DNA of 64,000 nucleotides from an uncultured bacterium (GTDB lineage Bacteria; Babelota; Babeliae; Babelales; JACPOV01): NCBI GenBank assembly GCA_963744715.1, contig CAVUUR010000009.1, positions 29,042 to 93,041 of the forward strand, read 5' to 3'. Shown piece by piece: positions 55,853 to 64,000 of this stretch (position 1 is its first letter; each line of letters starts with the position of its first letter). The notes under the pieces were generated by a model. It saw only the letters and a program-made list of their open reading frames with translations, ran no database searches and was not told where the DNA came from. The position numbers and the translations under genes were made by a program.

Positions 55853-55915
55853 ATTAATAGTTGGAATACCGCGTTGTTGTGCTGCAAAAACTTCTTGATT
55901 GTCGCGATTAATAGC
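55853..55915 (-). pseudogene. ~60-bp remnant of a murC-like gene
   Basis: 52 of 60 nt are identical to murC 53748-53807. The minus strand encodes PAINRDNQEVFAAQQRGIPTING, versus intact MurC SAINRHNPEILAAQQRGIPTIGR. Confidence 0.7.
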
Positions 55916-56072
55916 AGGGATACTATTTTTCCATTCTTTTTTACTTCTATTTAAATTATTTCCTAACAATTTTTTCTACGTTATCAAAGTTTGTTTGATA
56001 AAATAAACAGGCTAGATTACAATAATATTTAACATTTTTTTATAGAAAATTATTGTGGATGGAAATGTATAC

Positions 56073-57043
56073 ATGGCAATACTAAAAGTTATTCTTTCGT
56101 TGTTGTGCTTGAATAATTATGTATCAGTGGATACATGGCATTTGCCGGATGTGCGCAGGTGTTATGCGTCATTACATAGTTGGAGCAGACCATTACGGGA
56201 ATTTTGTTGCAGAATATATGATATGCGAAAAAATATTCGTAGTTCAAGTACGGTAACGTATAGTTCACAAAGTATTGTTACTGAAGGTCCTGCAATTTTT
56301 TTGCACGGCAACGTAACGGTATATTCAGGAAATATTCATAATTCCATGAATGTAATTCGAGGTTCAGGAACCATTGTCGAGAAAAAATATGATATTAATG
56401 ATATTAATAGCGTTGATATTAGTGGAACTATTCAGCTCGACGTAGAACAAATAGATCAAGCAAATAATAGTATAATTGAATCACTTGTTATCAGAGCTGA
56501 TGCCAATCTGATACCATTTGTGGTGGTAAATACTGATAATAATAATGAGTTAAAAATAAGCCAAAAAGATAATATAAATTTTTTCTCAGTGTATGGAATA
56601 CGGTGTTTGCTTAAGATTAAAAATATAGAAAATATAAAACAAACTGGTGACACCGTACTCAATATTATTGCAATGAAAAACAAACAACTTTCTCTTGAAT
56701 CGTCAGGCGATGCAAAAGTATCCGGTTCCATAAGTACAGGGAAGTTAAAAATCAAAGCATCTGGTGCCTCCGAGATTACATTAATCGGTGAAGTAGGTAA
56801 TCAAGAAATTAATGCTTCGGGTTCTGCAAAATATTATGGAGCAAAGCTTAGCGCCAAAAAAAAGTTAACGTTGACGGATCGGAAAGTGCACAATTACAAA
56901 TTAATGCGGGTAACAACATTACAGGAACTATTTCCGGTTCAAGTACACTATGGTACGTTGGTAGCCCACTAACTAATGAAATTTTACGCAAAGGCTCTGC
57001 AGAAATAAAAAAACTACCATGTGCGGATGATGTTCCTTTTTAA
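56073..57043 (+). CDS. DUF2807-like secreted protein, paralog 3 (frameshift in A8 tract as given)
   Basis: ORF 56055-56972 contains IESLVIRADANLIPFVVVNTDNNNELKISQKD...LSLESSGDAKVSGSISTGKLKIKASGASEITL. After the A8 run (56856-56863), the -1 frame continues VNVDGSESAQLQINAGNNITGTISGSSTLWYVGSP..., matching the paralog 1 C-terminus, and ends at TAA 57041-57043. Confidence 0.65.
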
Positions 57044-58185
57044 GCATTTAATTTTTTATGTTCCTGAGCATGTAAAAAGTTGTTCATAAAAATTAAAATT
57101 TCTTTTTGTCTTGTGTGAGGATTAAACTCGGTAGAAAAAAAATTAGTATGATTGATCGTAGTTCCTTGAAACATTTGATCAATAAACTCAGATAACTTTT
57201 GTTTTGTAGCATCAGATAATGTTGTAATCATGCCGGATCGCAGACGTTCTAATATTGTGGCGCCCATAACGATTCGATAGGTTTCCTGATCTGTGGTGTA
57301 TAATAAAAGATAATTCAGTAACTGCGCATACAGTATAATATATGGATTTACCATCTCTAGAAATACGGCCCCCGGTAACAAATAAAAATAATAATATTCT
57401 TGGTGGTTCAAAAAATCGGCAATAGTGTATTCAAAAAGTTTGAGTCGTATTTGTAATATCTTTTCATATACCGTTGGAACAAGCCCTAATAATAAGGCTA
57501 TATCATCTGATGTTATACCCGTTTGTTTATTGGCAGTGAGATCTGGTAAATTAGGCATTCTATTTATTTGTTTTATTAACCACTGTTTTTCAAGAATATT
57601 ATTATTTTGTATGTATTGCTTAAATTCTTCAGACACATTGATTGAATCTTTATAACATTGGTAAATAAAATTTAAATTGAAGAGGGGAGAAGTATTAATT
57701 AACACCGTGATTCCCTGTATGGTATTGGTGCTTAACGTATTGTGGAAAAGATTTAGTAATGGCTGATAGGGTTGAGAAAACGTTTCATGAATAGCTACTG
57801 GTTTAAATCCAAAAGCAGTTAATATATTGAGATAATCAGGACCCTGCGTAATGGTAAGATTTGATTCTATATATTGTTTAAAAAACGGCGCAATTATTTT
57901 TAAGCGTTCCATAAATAATGGCCACAGCGCTTTCCAATTAAGTGCTTGCTGTAGTTCTAGCGATAACGTGGCTGCATAGTGATTTAATTTCTGTTCAATT
58001 TCAAGCAGTTCTTTTCTAACCGGTTCTTTTTCGGGAGTTATTGGTTCATTTTTTTTGATTTGAGATACAGCATTGTTAAGATCTATGAGATTATTATTCA
58101 GTTGAAGCAGATTTTTTTCTAAAAGGGCAGATTTGCTAGGAAAATATATACAACATAACACTATGAATGATACAATTTTTTTCAT
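57040..58185 (-). CDS. hypothetical secreted protein
   Basis: Start taken at MKKIVSFIVLCCIYFPSKSA (signal peptide). About 381 aa, helical, with no family recognised. Its stop overlaps the convergent paralog 3 stop. Confidence 0.5.
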   Translation of the reverse strand: MKKIVSFIVLCCIYFPSKSALLEKNLLQLNNNLIDLNNAVSQIKKNEPITPEKEPVRKELLEIEQKLNHYAATLSLELQQALNWKALWPLFMERLKIIAPFFKQYIESNLTITQGPDYLNILTAFGFKPVAIHETFSQPYQPLLNLFHNTLSTNTIQGITVLINTSPLFNLNFIYQCYKDSINVSEEFKQYIQNNNILEKQWLIKQINRMPNLPDLTANKQTGITSDDIALLLGLVPTVYEKILQIRLKLFEYTIADFLNHQEYYYFYLLPGAVFLEMVNPYIILYAQLLNYLLLYTTDQETYRIVMGATILERLRSGMITTLSDATKQKLSEFIDQMFQGTTINHTNFFSTEFNPHTRQKEILIFMNNFLHAQEHKKLNA

Positions 58186-58287
58186 GGAACTTCCTTCTAA
58201 TATTATTGGTAAGGTACTATAAACATAATGATACATTCTAGGAATTTTAAAATATTACGTGTTTATCGCAACCCTTAAAGGAAAACC

Positions 58288-59175
58288 GTGTATAATCTTC
58301 ACGTACATGAACTTACTATAATTCAAGCTATACAATCAATTCGCACTGTTTTTTTTGATAATCTTTTTTATGCACTTAATATTTTTGATCATGACATTAC
58401 CTATCTTATTATTATTATATTAGTGTGGTATTTGATTAGCCAAAGAGCCGGATTTCATTTACTGTACCTTCAAATAATTAATATTGTCCTCTGTTTGATG
58501 TTAAAAAATTTTTTTGCTCAGCCAAGGCCCTATGAGATAATGCCTCCATTAAAAATCATTGGTACGCATGGTTATGGTTTTCCTAGCGGAGCAGCATCGG
58601 GAATAGTGGTGAGTTTCGGTTTTATTTTTTTCTTACTAAAACCAACTCATTTTTTTTCAAAGCTATGCGCTATTGTTATGATGTTATTAGTGGGGTTAAC
58701 AAGAATATATGTTGGTGCACATTTTCCATCTGATGTGCTGGCAGGGTACCTTTTGGGAATTATATTATTATCTTCGTATGCGTTGTTGCACAAGCCTATA
58801 GAACAGTTTTTACATGCTTATACACCGTTTCATCAACTTATTTTTCATGCATCATTTATTGCTTGTTTAATACTACTTTATCCTTCTTTGCAAGTGATGG
58901 GAGTATTATTTCTATTATTAGGAGCAATTGTATGGCAGTTGTTTTGTGATCCTTTTTACAAAAATTTATTATCTGTTTATAGGTCAAAAAAATTAGCCTA
59001 TGGTTCAAGTGTAGTAGCTCTCGTGGGAATTATTTTTTTGTACCATATGGTAACAATGCTCACGCAATACATTTCAGATCCAATCTGTTTGTCGATCATG
59101 ATTTTTTTGATAGCATGTATCATGGGAGTATGGCTGGGAGCAAGTGCGTATGTTTTGCCATTCCTTATTAAATGA
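58288..59175 (+). CDS. PAP2-family membrane phosphatase (undecaprenyl-diphosphatase/lipid phosphatase-like)
   Basis: Multi-TM protein with motif C1 KNFFAQPRP and C3 TRIYVGAHFPSDVLAG. C2 reads FPSGAASG, with Ala where the canonical PSGH has His. Confidence 0.75.
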   Translation: MYNLHVHELTIIQAIQSIRTVFFDNLFYALNIFDHDITYLIIIILVWYLISQRAGFHLLYLQIINIVLCLMLKNFFAQPRPYEIMPPLKIIGTHGYGFPSGAASGIVVSFGFIFFLLKPTHFFSKLCAIVMMLLVGLTRIYVGAHFPSDVLAGYLLGIILLSSYALLHKPIEQFLHAYTPFHQLIFHASFIACLILLYPSLQVMGVLFLLLGAIVWQLFCDPFYKNLLSVYRSKKLAYGSSVVALVGIIFLYHMVTMLTQYISDPICLSIMIFLIACIMGVWLGASAYVLPFLIK

Positions 59176-59182
59176 ATAAATA

Positions 59183-60559
59183 TTAAACTACCTTATATCT
59201 ATTTTTTGCAATAATACTTTCTTTGGTATGATTTATCAAAGGCTTCGGATAAGAGGTTTGCTGTTTTTTATATTCTTTATACCACATGTGAATAGTGCTG
59301 TTTGATACTTTTGCAAGTTCTGGAATCCATGTTTTTATGTAGATACATTCAGGATCAAATTTTTTTTGTTGTAACCAAGGATTGAATATTCTAAAATACG
59401 GTTGTGCATCAGCCCCCGTAGATGCTACCCACTGCCAATTACCATTATTTACTGCCGGATCATAATCAACTAATTGTTGTGCGAAATAACGTTCTCCCCA
59501 GCGCCAATCAATGTGTAAATCTTTAGTTAAGAATGATGCAACAATCAATCGTGCACGGTTATGCATAAATCCCGTAGTATTAAGTTGGCGCATACCAGCA
59601 TCAACAATAGGAAATCCAGTTTTCCCTGCACACCACGCATTAAAATAACGTTGATTATTATTCCAATGCAAATCTTCATATTTTTTTTGAAAAGCATGTC
59701 CAAAAACAAAGGGAGAATAATAGGCAATGTAGGTGAAAAAATCACGCCAATACAACTGTCGAAGTAAGGGGTTGCTCATTCCCAATGCATTTTTTAGTGT
59801 ATAATATACTTCACGGATTGATAAGGTACCGAACTTGAGTGCTGCAGATAATTCTGTTGTGTGCTTGGAAAGAATATTATGCTGTTGTGCATAGTGAGCA
59901 AACTTATGTATGTTGGTAAGTATATTCACATTATTGCTTCTTCCACCATGAACAGCAATTAATGGATTTTTGTCGGCAAGAATTTTTTTATAATGTGATG
60001 ATTGCGCACCGGCAATTGTTCCAGAAAAAAATCTACCACCATGGTAATGATCGGGTTGAGCAATTTTTTTGATAGATGCTTTATGATAAAAGGGCGTGAA
60101 TTTTACGTAGGGAGTACCATTGCTCGTTGTTACATCATCCGGTTTATTGAGTAATAGATCATGATACTGATTAAATGCAATATCATGATGCAAACATTTT
60201 TTTTCAATCTGTTTATCACGATGTATGCTAAATGGTGTATAATCTTGATTGCAATACACTGCACTAATGGATATCTGTTGTATAATGTTTTCAACGATTT
60301 GTTCGGGCATACCATAAAAAATGTAGAGTTTCCCATGCCTTTTTTTTAGTTGTTTTTCTAGATCTTGTAGCGATTCTATCATGAACTGAAGAGCATTACT
60401 GCTTTTATAGTGATTGGTATCCTCAACTTGACGAGGATCAACGATAAAACAAGGAACAACTTGTTTAGACTGTTGTAGTGCTGCAATAAGACCGGTATTA
60501 TCTTCTAGGCGCAAATCTCGCCTGAATATAAAAAGTGATAATTCATGGTGCTTGTTCAT
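59183..60559 (-). CDS. phrB: deoxyribodipyrimidine photolyase / cryptochrome family protein
   Basis: 458 aa with FIFRRDLRLEDNTGL, WRDFF, TGFPIVDAGMRQL..TGFMHNRARLIVASFLTKDL, DYDPAVNNGNWQWVASTGADAQPYFRIFNP. Confidence 0.9.
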   Translation of the reverse strand: MNKHHELSLFIFRRDLRLEDNTGLIAALQQSKQVVPCFIVDPRQVEDTNHYKSSNALQFMIESLQDLEKQLKKRHGKLYIFYGMPEQIVENIIQQISISAVYCNQDYTPFSIHRDKQIEKKCLHHDIAFNQYHDLLLNKPDDVTTSNGTPYVKFTPFYHKASIKKIAQPDHYHGGRFFSGTIAGAQSSHYKKILADKNPLIAVHGGRSNNVNILTNIHKFAHYAQQHNILSKHTTELSAALKFGTLSIREVYYTLKNALGMSNPLLRQLYWRDFFTYIAYYSPFVFGHAFQKKYEDLHWNNNQRYFNAWCAGKTGFPIVDAGMRQLNTTGFMHNRARLIVASFLTKDLHIDWRWGERYFAQQLVDYDPAVNNGNWQWVASTGADAQPYFRIFNPWLQQKKFDPECIYIKTWIPELAKVSNSTIHMWYKEYKKQQTSYPKPLINHTKESIIAKNRYKVV

Positions 60560-60577
60560 GGTATGTCTGGCAGTTAT

Positions 60578-60949
60578 TTATAATAATTGTTGCAATTTAA
60601 CAAGCTTTTGCCTCAATTGTAATAACTGTTCTGAAAAATCAGAAGATTCTTGTGCAGCGTGATCTATTTTTTGAATGGTGGATTTTTTTTGCTGAGGGGT
60701 TAATGTATATTCTTTTTCTGAAAGAATTTTTTTAGCGCCGGCAATAGTAAACTTTTTTTCGTACAAAAGTTGGTGAATCAACTTAAATTGATCGATATCT
60801 TTTTGTTGGTAAAATCGTTGCCCGCCATCGGAGCGATATGCTTGTAAATTAAACTCTTTTTCCCAAAAGCGAATAACGAAGCGTTTTACACCTAATAAGT
60901 CTGCTACGTGCCCTATGCGAAATTGTTTTTGCATTTTCATACGGTTCAT
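60578..60949 (-). CDS. MerR-family transcriptional regulator
   Basis: 123 aa. FRIGHVADLLGVKRFVIRFWEKEF is the MerR wHTH, followed by a C-terminal coiled coil. It lies immediately upstream of the photolyase on the same strand. Confidence 0.8.
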   Translation of the reverse strand: MNRMKMQKQFRIGHVADLLGVKRFVIRFWEKEFNLQAYRSDGGQRFYQQKDIDQFKLIHQLLYEKKFTIAGAKKILSEKEYTLTPQQKKSTIQKIDHAAQESSDFSEQLLQLRQKLVKLQQLL

Positions 60950-61132
60950 CCTTTTTTTAGAAAAAACTGTTATTAGTTAGTTATAACGTAAGAAGGGATG
61001 GGGGTAAAATGTAAGAGTTTTTTTGTAGAGAGCCAAAATGTCTATTTTTTAGTAAAGTTTTCCAAGATTTTTGTTTATACTAATACAATACTGACAAAAA
61101 AAGACTTTTTTTTATAAATAAGGAATATTTCA

Positions 61133-62701
61133 ATGAAATTTAAAGAACTATTAATGCCATTATTTCTGGCCCTGGCAACAACCTGGGGTTTACAGTATTT
61201 TTTTAGTGATCGACATGCACAAAAAAACGTTAATGATCAAGCGGCTAAATCAGGTCAGCGCTTTACGGCTCCTCAAACAACTGAAATTGAAGTTCACAAA
61301 CCGTTAAACGTAGAAATTGATTTTAATGATGAGAAACCAACATCGTCTAAATCGATGATAACGGCAATTGATACGGAGCATGCTCATTATGAATTTTCTA
61401 CCGAAGGAGCATCGCTTAACAGGGTAGAGTTCAAAAGAAATTGGGGAGGCAAAGAAAGCTTTTTAGCTACCGTTTTTCCACCTTCTGCACCGGATAAAGA
61501 AAAACGTTGTTTTTTAGTGGGTATGAATGAAAAGACTCCTTATTATTTTGAATTTGTAAGCAAGCAGGAAGAAGAAGATCGATTTATTATTACCTACAAA
61601 GCACCGTATGCGGGAGGTACTCTCTATAAGCGGTTTACGGTATTTAAAAAAACTTACCGTCTCGATTTAGAAGTAAGTTTCGAATCTAAATCAGCTCTTC
61701 AAGAAGCTATCCAGCCGCGTATTTTCTTTAGTTCGCCCTTTGTTTCTGAGTTGGCTGGTGAAGATACCATTACCGGCATTGTTAACGATGAACGAAATAA
61801 CGTTAAAATATTTTCAAAAAATGATGAAACAATTCATTCATATTGGTCAAAGCCAACCTTATTTGGAGCGCAAGATCGCTATTTTGTGCACGCGTTAGTG
61901 AATGATCCTGAACGTTTTACGCAACGTGCTTATTATAAAATCGTTGATTTAGATACGTTATATTCAGTTCTTGAAGGTCCTTCTATTAATGCAGCTAATT
62001 CTTGGACACTATCCTTTTATGTTGGGCCTAAAGAAGATAGCATGATGTCATTAGTTGATGATCGGTTAGAGCAAACGTTGAATTACGGGTGGTTCTCTTT
62101 TATATCTAAACCGCTTTCAAAATTATTATTGCACATGCTCAATGTTATTTATAACTACGTTAATAATTATGGTTGGGCAATTATTATTGTAACGATACTC
62201 CTTAAATTAGTTCTTTTGCCTTTTACCTGGAAAGGCGAGCAAAGTCTCAAAAAACGGCTTGAATTTCAAAAGAAGCTCGAATACATTCAATCAAAGTATA
62301 AAAATGATAAAGAAGCATTAGCGCAAGCGCGTGCTGAATTAATTAGAAAACATGGTATGCCCGGTATGGCAGGATGTTTGCCGTTATTTTTACAACTGCC
62401 GATTTTTTGGGCATTAAGTATTATTCTGGCCAACGCTATTGAATTATATAAGGCACCGTTTTTGTGGATTCCTGATTTGTCTGCGCGGGATCCTTATTAT
62501 ATTCTTCCTATTTTGACGGCAATTGCTATGATTTTACACAACCCAACCAATGATCCAAAGCAACGAGTTTCATCAATTGCGATGGCGCTTGTTGTTGCAG
62601 CCGTTGTTTCTAGTTTGTCTAGTGGATTAGCATTGTTCACCGTGGTGAGCACGCTTTTAGGGGTAGTTCAAGCCGTGGTTGTACGTAGGTTTAATGTATG
62701 A
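61133..62701 (+). CDS. yidC: membrane protein insertase YidC
   Basis: 522 aa with an N-terminal TM, a periplasmic beta-sandwich region and a conserved core GWAIIIVTILLKLVLLPFTWKGEQS...MPGMAGCLPLFLQLPIFWAL. Confidence 0.9.
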   Translation: MKFKELLMPLFLALATTWGLQYFFSDRHAQKNVNDQAAKSGQRFTAPQTTEIEVHKPLNVEIDFNDEKPTSSKSMITAIDTEHAHYEFSTEGASLNRVEFKRNWGGKESFLATVFPPSAPDKEKRCFLVGMNEKTPYYFEFVSKQEEEDRFIITYKAPYAGGTLYKRFTVFKKTYRLDLEVSFESKSALQEAIQPRIFFSSPFVSELAGEDTITGIVNDERNNVKIFSKNDETIHSYWSKPTLFGAQDRYFVHALVNDPERFTQRAYYKIVDLDTLYSVLEGPSINAANSWTLSFYVGPKEDSMMSLVDDRLEQTLNYGWFSFISKPLSKLLLHMLNVIYNYVNNYGWAIIIVTILLKLVLLPFTWKGEQSLKKRLEFQKKLEYIQSKYKNDKEALAQARAELIRKHGMPGMAGCLPLFLQLPIFWALSIILANAIELYKAPFLWIPDLSARDPYYILPILTAIAMILHNPTNDPKQRVSSIAMALVVAAVVSSLSSGLALFTVVSTLLGVVQAVVVRRFNV

Positions 62702-63294
62702 TTGAACAGATTCCTACCTTAAACACCTTATTAAAACAGTTACAACAGGTTCCTTACCTTGCTTCAAAAAATATATATCGCGTAGTTAATTATTTTTTGT
62801 CACTACCACCGGCTAAGGTGCAACAATTTTGTAAAGCTATTTTAGAGGCTAAGGAAAATATTGTTCCCTGTTCTATATGCTGTACGTGGAAAGAGAAGGA
62901 TAAACCATGTTCTTTTTGCGACTCTCCTAAACGTGATCGTTCTATTATTTGTGTTGTTGAAACATGGCAAGAATTAATAGCGTTGGAAAAAACGGGCGGT
63001 TATTCTGGCTTGTATCATGTATTGGGAGGAGCATTATGCCCGTTAGAAGGCATTGGCCCAGAAAACCTAACCGTGAATAAACTAGTTACGAGGCTTGAAG
63101 GAGTGAAGGAAATTATTCTTGCTACGAATCAAACTCCTGAAGGTGAGGCAACAGCAGCGTTTGTTGCTCAGAGCTTAAAACATGCCTCGATAAAAATTTC
63201 CTGCCTTGCGCGTGGAATCCCTGTTGGTTCTTCATTAGAATTTATGGACCGCATTACGGTCTATAAAGCACTTTCAGAACGACGTCCTTTTTAA
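62698..63294 (+). CDS. recR: recombination protein RecR
   Basis: 198 aa with an HhH N-terminus, the zinc finger CSICCTWKEKDKPCSFC and a Toprim region IICVVE...LATNQTPEGEATA. Confidence 0.9.
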   Translation: MIEQIPTLNTLLKQLQQVPYLASKNIYRVVNYFLSLPPAKVQQFCKAILEAKENIVPCSICCTWKEKDKPCSFCDSPKRDRSIICVVETWQELIALEKTGGYSGLYHVLGGALCPLEGIGPENLTVNKLVTRLEGVKEIILATNQTPEGEATAAFVAQSLKHASIKISCLARGIPVGSSLEFMDRITVYKALSERRPF

Positions 63295-63327
63295 CTTTTT
63301 TATTAAATTTTTAACGTTAAAAAATAG

Positions 63328-63516
63328 TTAAGCTGGATAGTCTTTACATTCAGCAGCGCCTATGTCATCCCACATGTCGCAACCATTACATTGAATACAA
63401 CATTCGCGAGAAGTAGCTCTGCCGTTTTTACAACATTCTGCACAGTCAATCGCATTACTTTGTCCAAAGGAGAGAGCCATAAACGTTAAAATAATGAGTT
63501 TATATATATTTTTCAT
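63328..63516 (-). CDS. small secreted cysteine-rich peptide
   Basis: 62 aa with signal peptide MKNIYKLIILTFMALSFGQSNA. The ~40-aa mature part has 8 Cys (IDCAECCKNGRATSRECCIQCNGCDMWDDIGAAECKDYPA). Confidence 0.5.
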   Translation of the reverse strand: MKNIYKLIILTFMALSFGQSNAIDCAECCKNGRATSRECCIQCNGCDMWDDIGAAECKDYPA

Positions 63517-63727
63517 GATAAATCCTTTTTTTCTATGTTAACCTGATAGCATCTATAAAAAAAATGATAAATACTATTAAATTTAAGTATACAAAATAAT
63601 GCGTAAATAACGCAATAATTTCATATTATTGCTAAGTTTAGATTAATTGCTAATCTGCCTTTAAAAATAACTAATTTTTGAGTATAATTATACGAAATTA
63701 AACCATTATTAACGCAATTGGATATAT

Positions 63728-64000
63728 ATGCCTCTTTTTGATAATCACAATGCTTCAATGTTTGCATCGCGAAGAACTGTTCTATTGGAATCAATTAAAA
63801 AAGATTTTCCAGAAAAAGCAGCATCAGGTATTGTTGTACTTTTTGGTGCCTTTGAACGTGAATGTTCTCTATTCCGTCAAGAACGTTCTTTTTATTATTT
63901 TACCGGTGTCCAAGAACCAGCTTCGGTACTTATGTTGGATATTAATTCAGGAAAATCGACACTCTATATTCCAAATTTTGGTGCAGAACGCGCAAAGTGG
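63728..64000 (+). CDS. pepP: Xaa-Pro aminopeptidase (AMP_N domain), 5' part; continues beyond the window
   Basis: MPLFDNHNASMFASRRTVLLESIKK...FRQERSFYYFTGVQEPASVLMLD matches the aminopeptidase P N-terminal motif (RQ.S.FYYLTG..EP). Confidence 0.7.
   Translation, partial: MPLFDNHNASMFASRRTVLLESIKKDFPEKAASGIVVLFGAFERECSLFRQERSFYYFTGVQEPASVLMLDINSGKSTLYIPNFGAERAKW

Noticed and set aside
55614-55898. Track ORF 55614-55898 as a genuine gene
   Set aside because: It is a chimera. Its middle is the out-of-frame continuation of the decayed DUF2807 paralog 2, and its end reads the antisense of a murC-derived remnant.
63308-63323. AT-only palindrome TTTTTAACGTTAAAAA between recR and the Cys-rich peptide gene as a bidirectional terminator
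   Set aside because: The stem would be 6 A-T pairs with a 4-nt loop. That is too weak to call.

Overview
This is an AT-rich bacterial chromosome segment (roughly mid-30s % GC by eye) using the standard genetic code, with about 70 genes. All calls were made by eye from the sequence and ORF track, without HMM or BLAST, and family names are from memory.

Backbone genes, in order:
- radA-tdk, murA, and a stand-alone atpG.
- A YacP-like NYN RNase plus tsaE.
- A tRNA cluster (Tyr-Gly-Thr-Thr), then rpmG, tRNA-Trp, secE-nusG-rplKAJL-rpoBC and tRNA-Val.
- rpsO-pnp-rph.
- A cdaA-like / cdaR-like / glmM operon.
- trpS, pcrA/uvrD, hflX.
- ffh-rpsP-KH-trmD(fusion)-rplS.
- murC, a PAP2 phosphatase, photolyase plus a MerR regulator, yidC-recR, and pepP.

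Between these lie accessory blocks made almost entirely of signal-peptide proteins and tandem paralog families. This content suggests a host-associated, protist- or amoeba-symbiont-like organism, possibly Dependentiae/TM6-like. That is an inference only.

Main candidates:
1. 48.0-51.05 kb: a polymorphic-toxin locus. It holds a secreted 676-aa protein with a C-terminal EndoU-like RNase domain, an immunity gene, an orphan toxin 3' fragment and a second immunity paralog. No recognisable delivery module is present.
2. 32.7-36.4 kb: two tandem secreted paralogs that fuse a Skp1/BTB-POZ-like domain to WD40-like repeats, possible cullin-RING ligase adaptor mimics. A secreted ankyrin-repeat protein lies next to them.
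3. A cdaA homolog in conserved cdaA-cdaR-glmM synteny whose DGA, RHR and SEETG motifs are all substituted.
4. A Cys-rich ~60-aa insertion in the RpoB N-terminus.
5. A TrmD fused to a second putative SPOUT-type RNA methyltransferase domain.
6. Several tandem families of secreted proteins next to the tRNA cluster, plus a DUF2807-like cluster carrying a pseudogene and a murC gene remnant.

Sequence-quality caveat: the tract ~13.98-23.6 kb (rpoB, rpoC, pnp) carries dozens of single-base indels and one in-frame TAG, yet the invariant motifs are intact. Isolated frameshifts occur in radA, murA, the cdaA-like gene, one Skp1-WD40 paralog and two DUF2807 paralogs. These look more like sequencing or assembly errors than biology.

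No rRNA, CRISPR array, transposase or integrase was seen.
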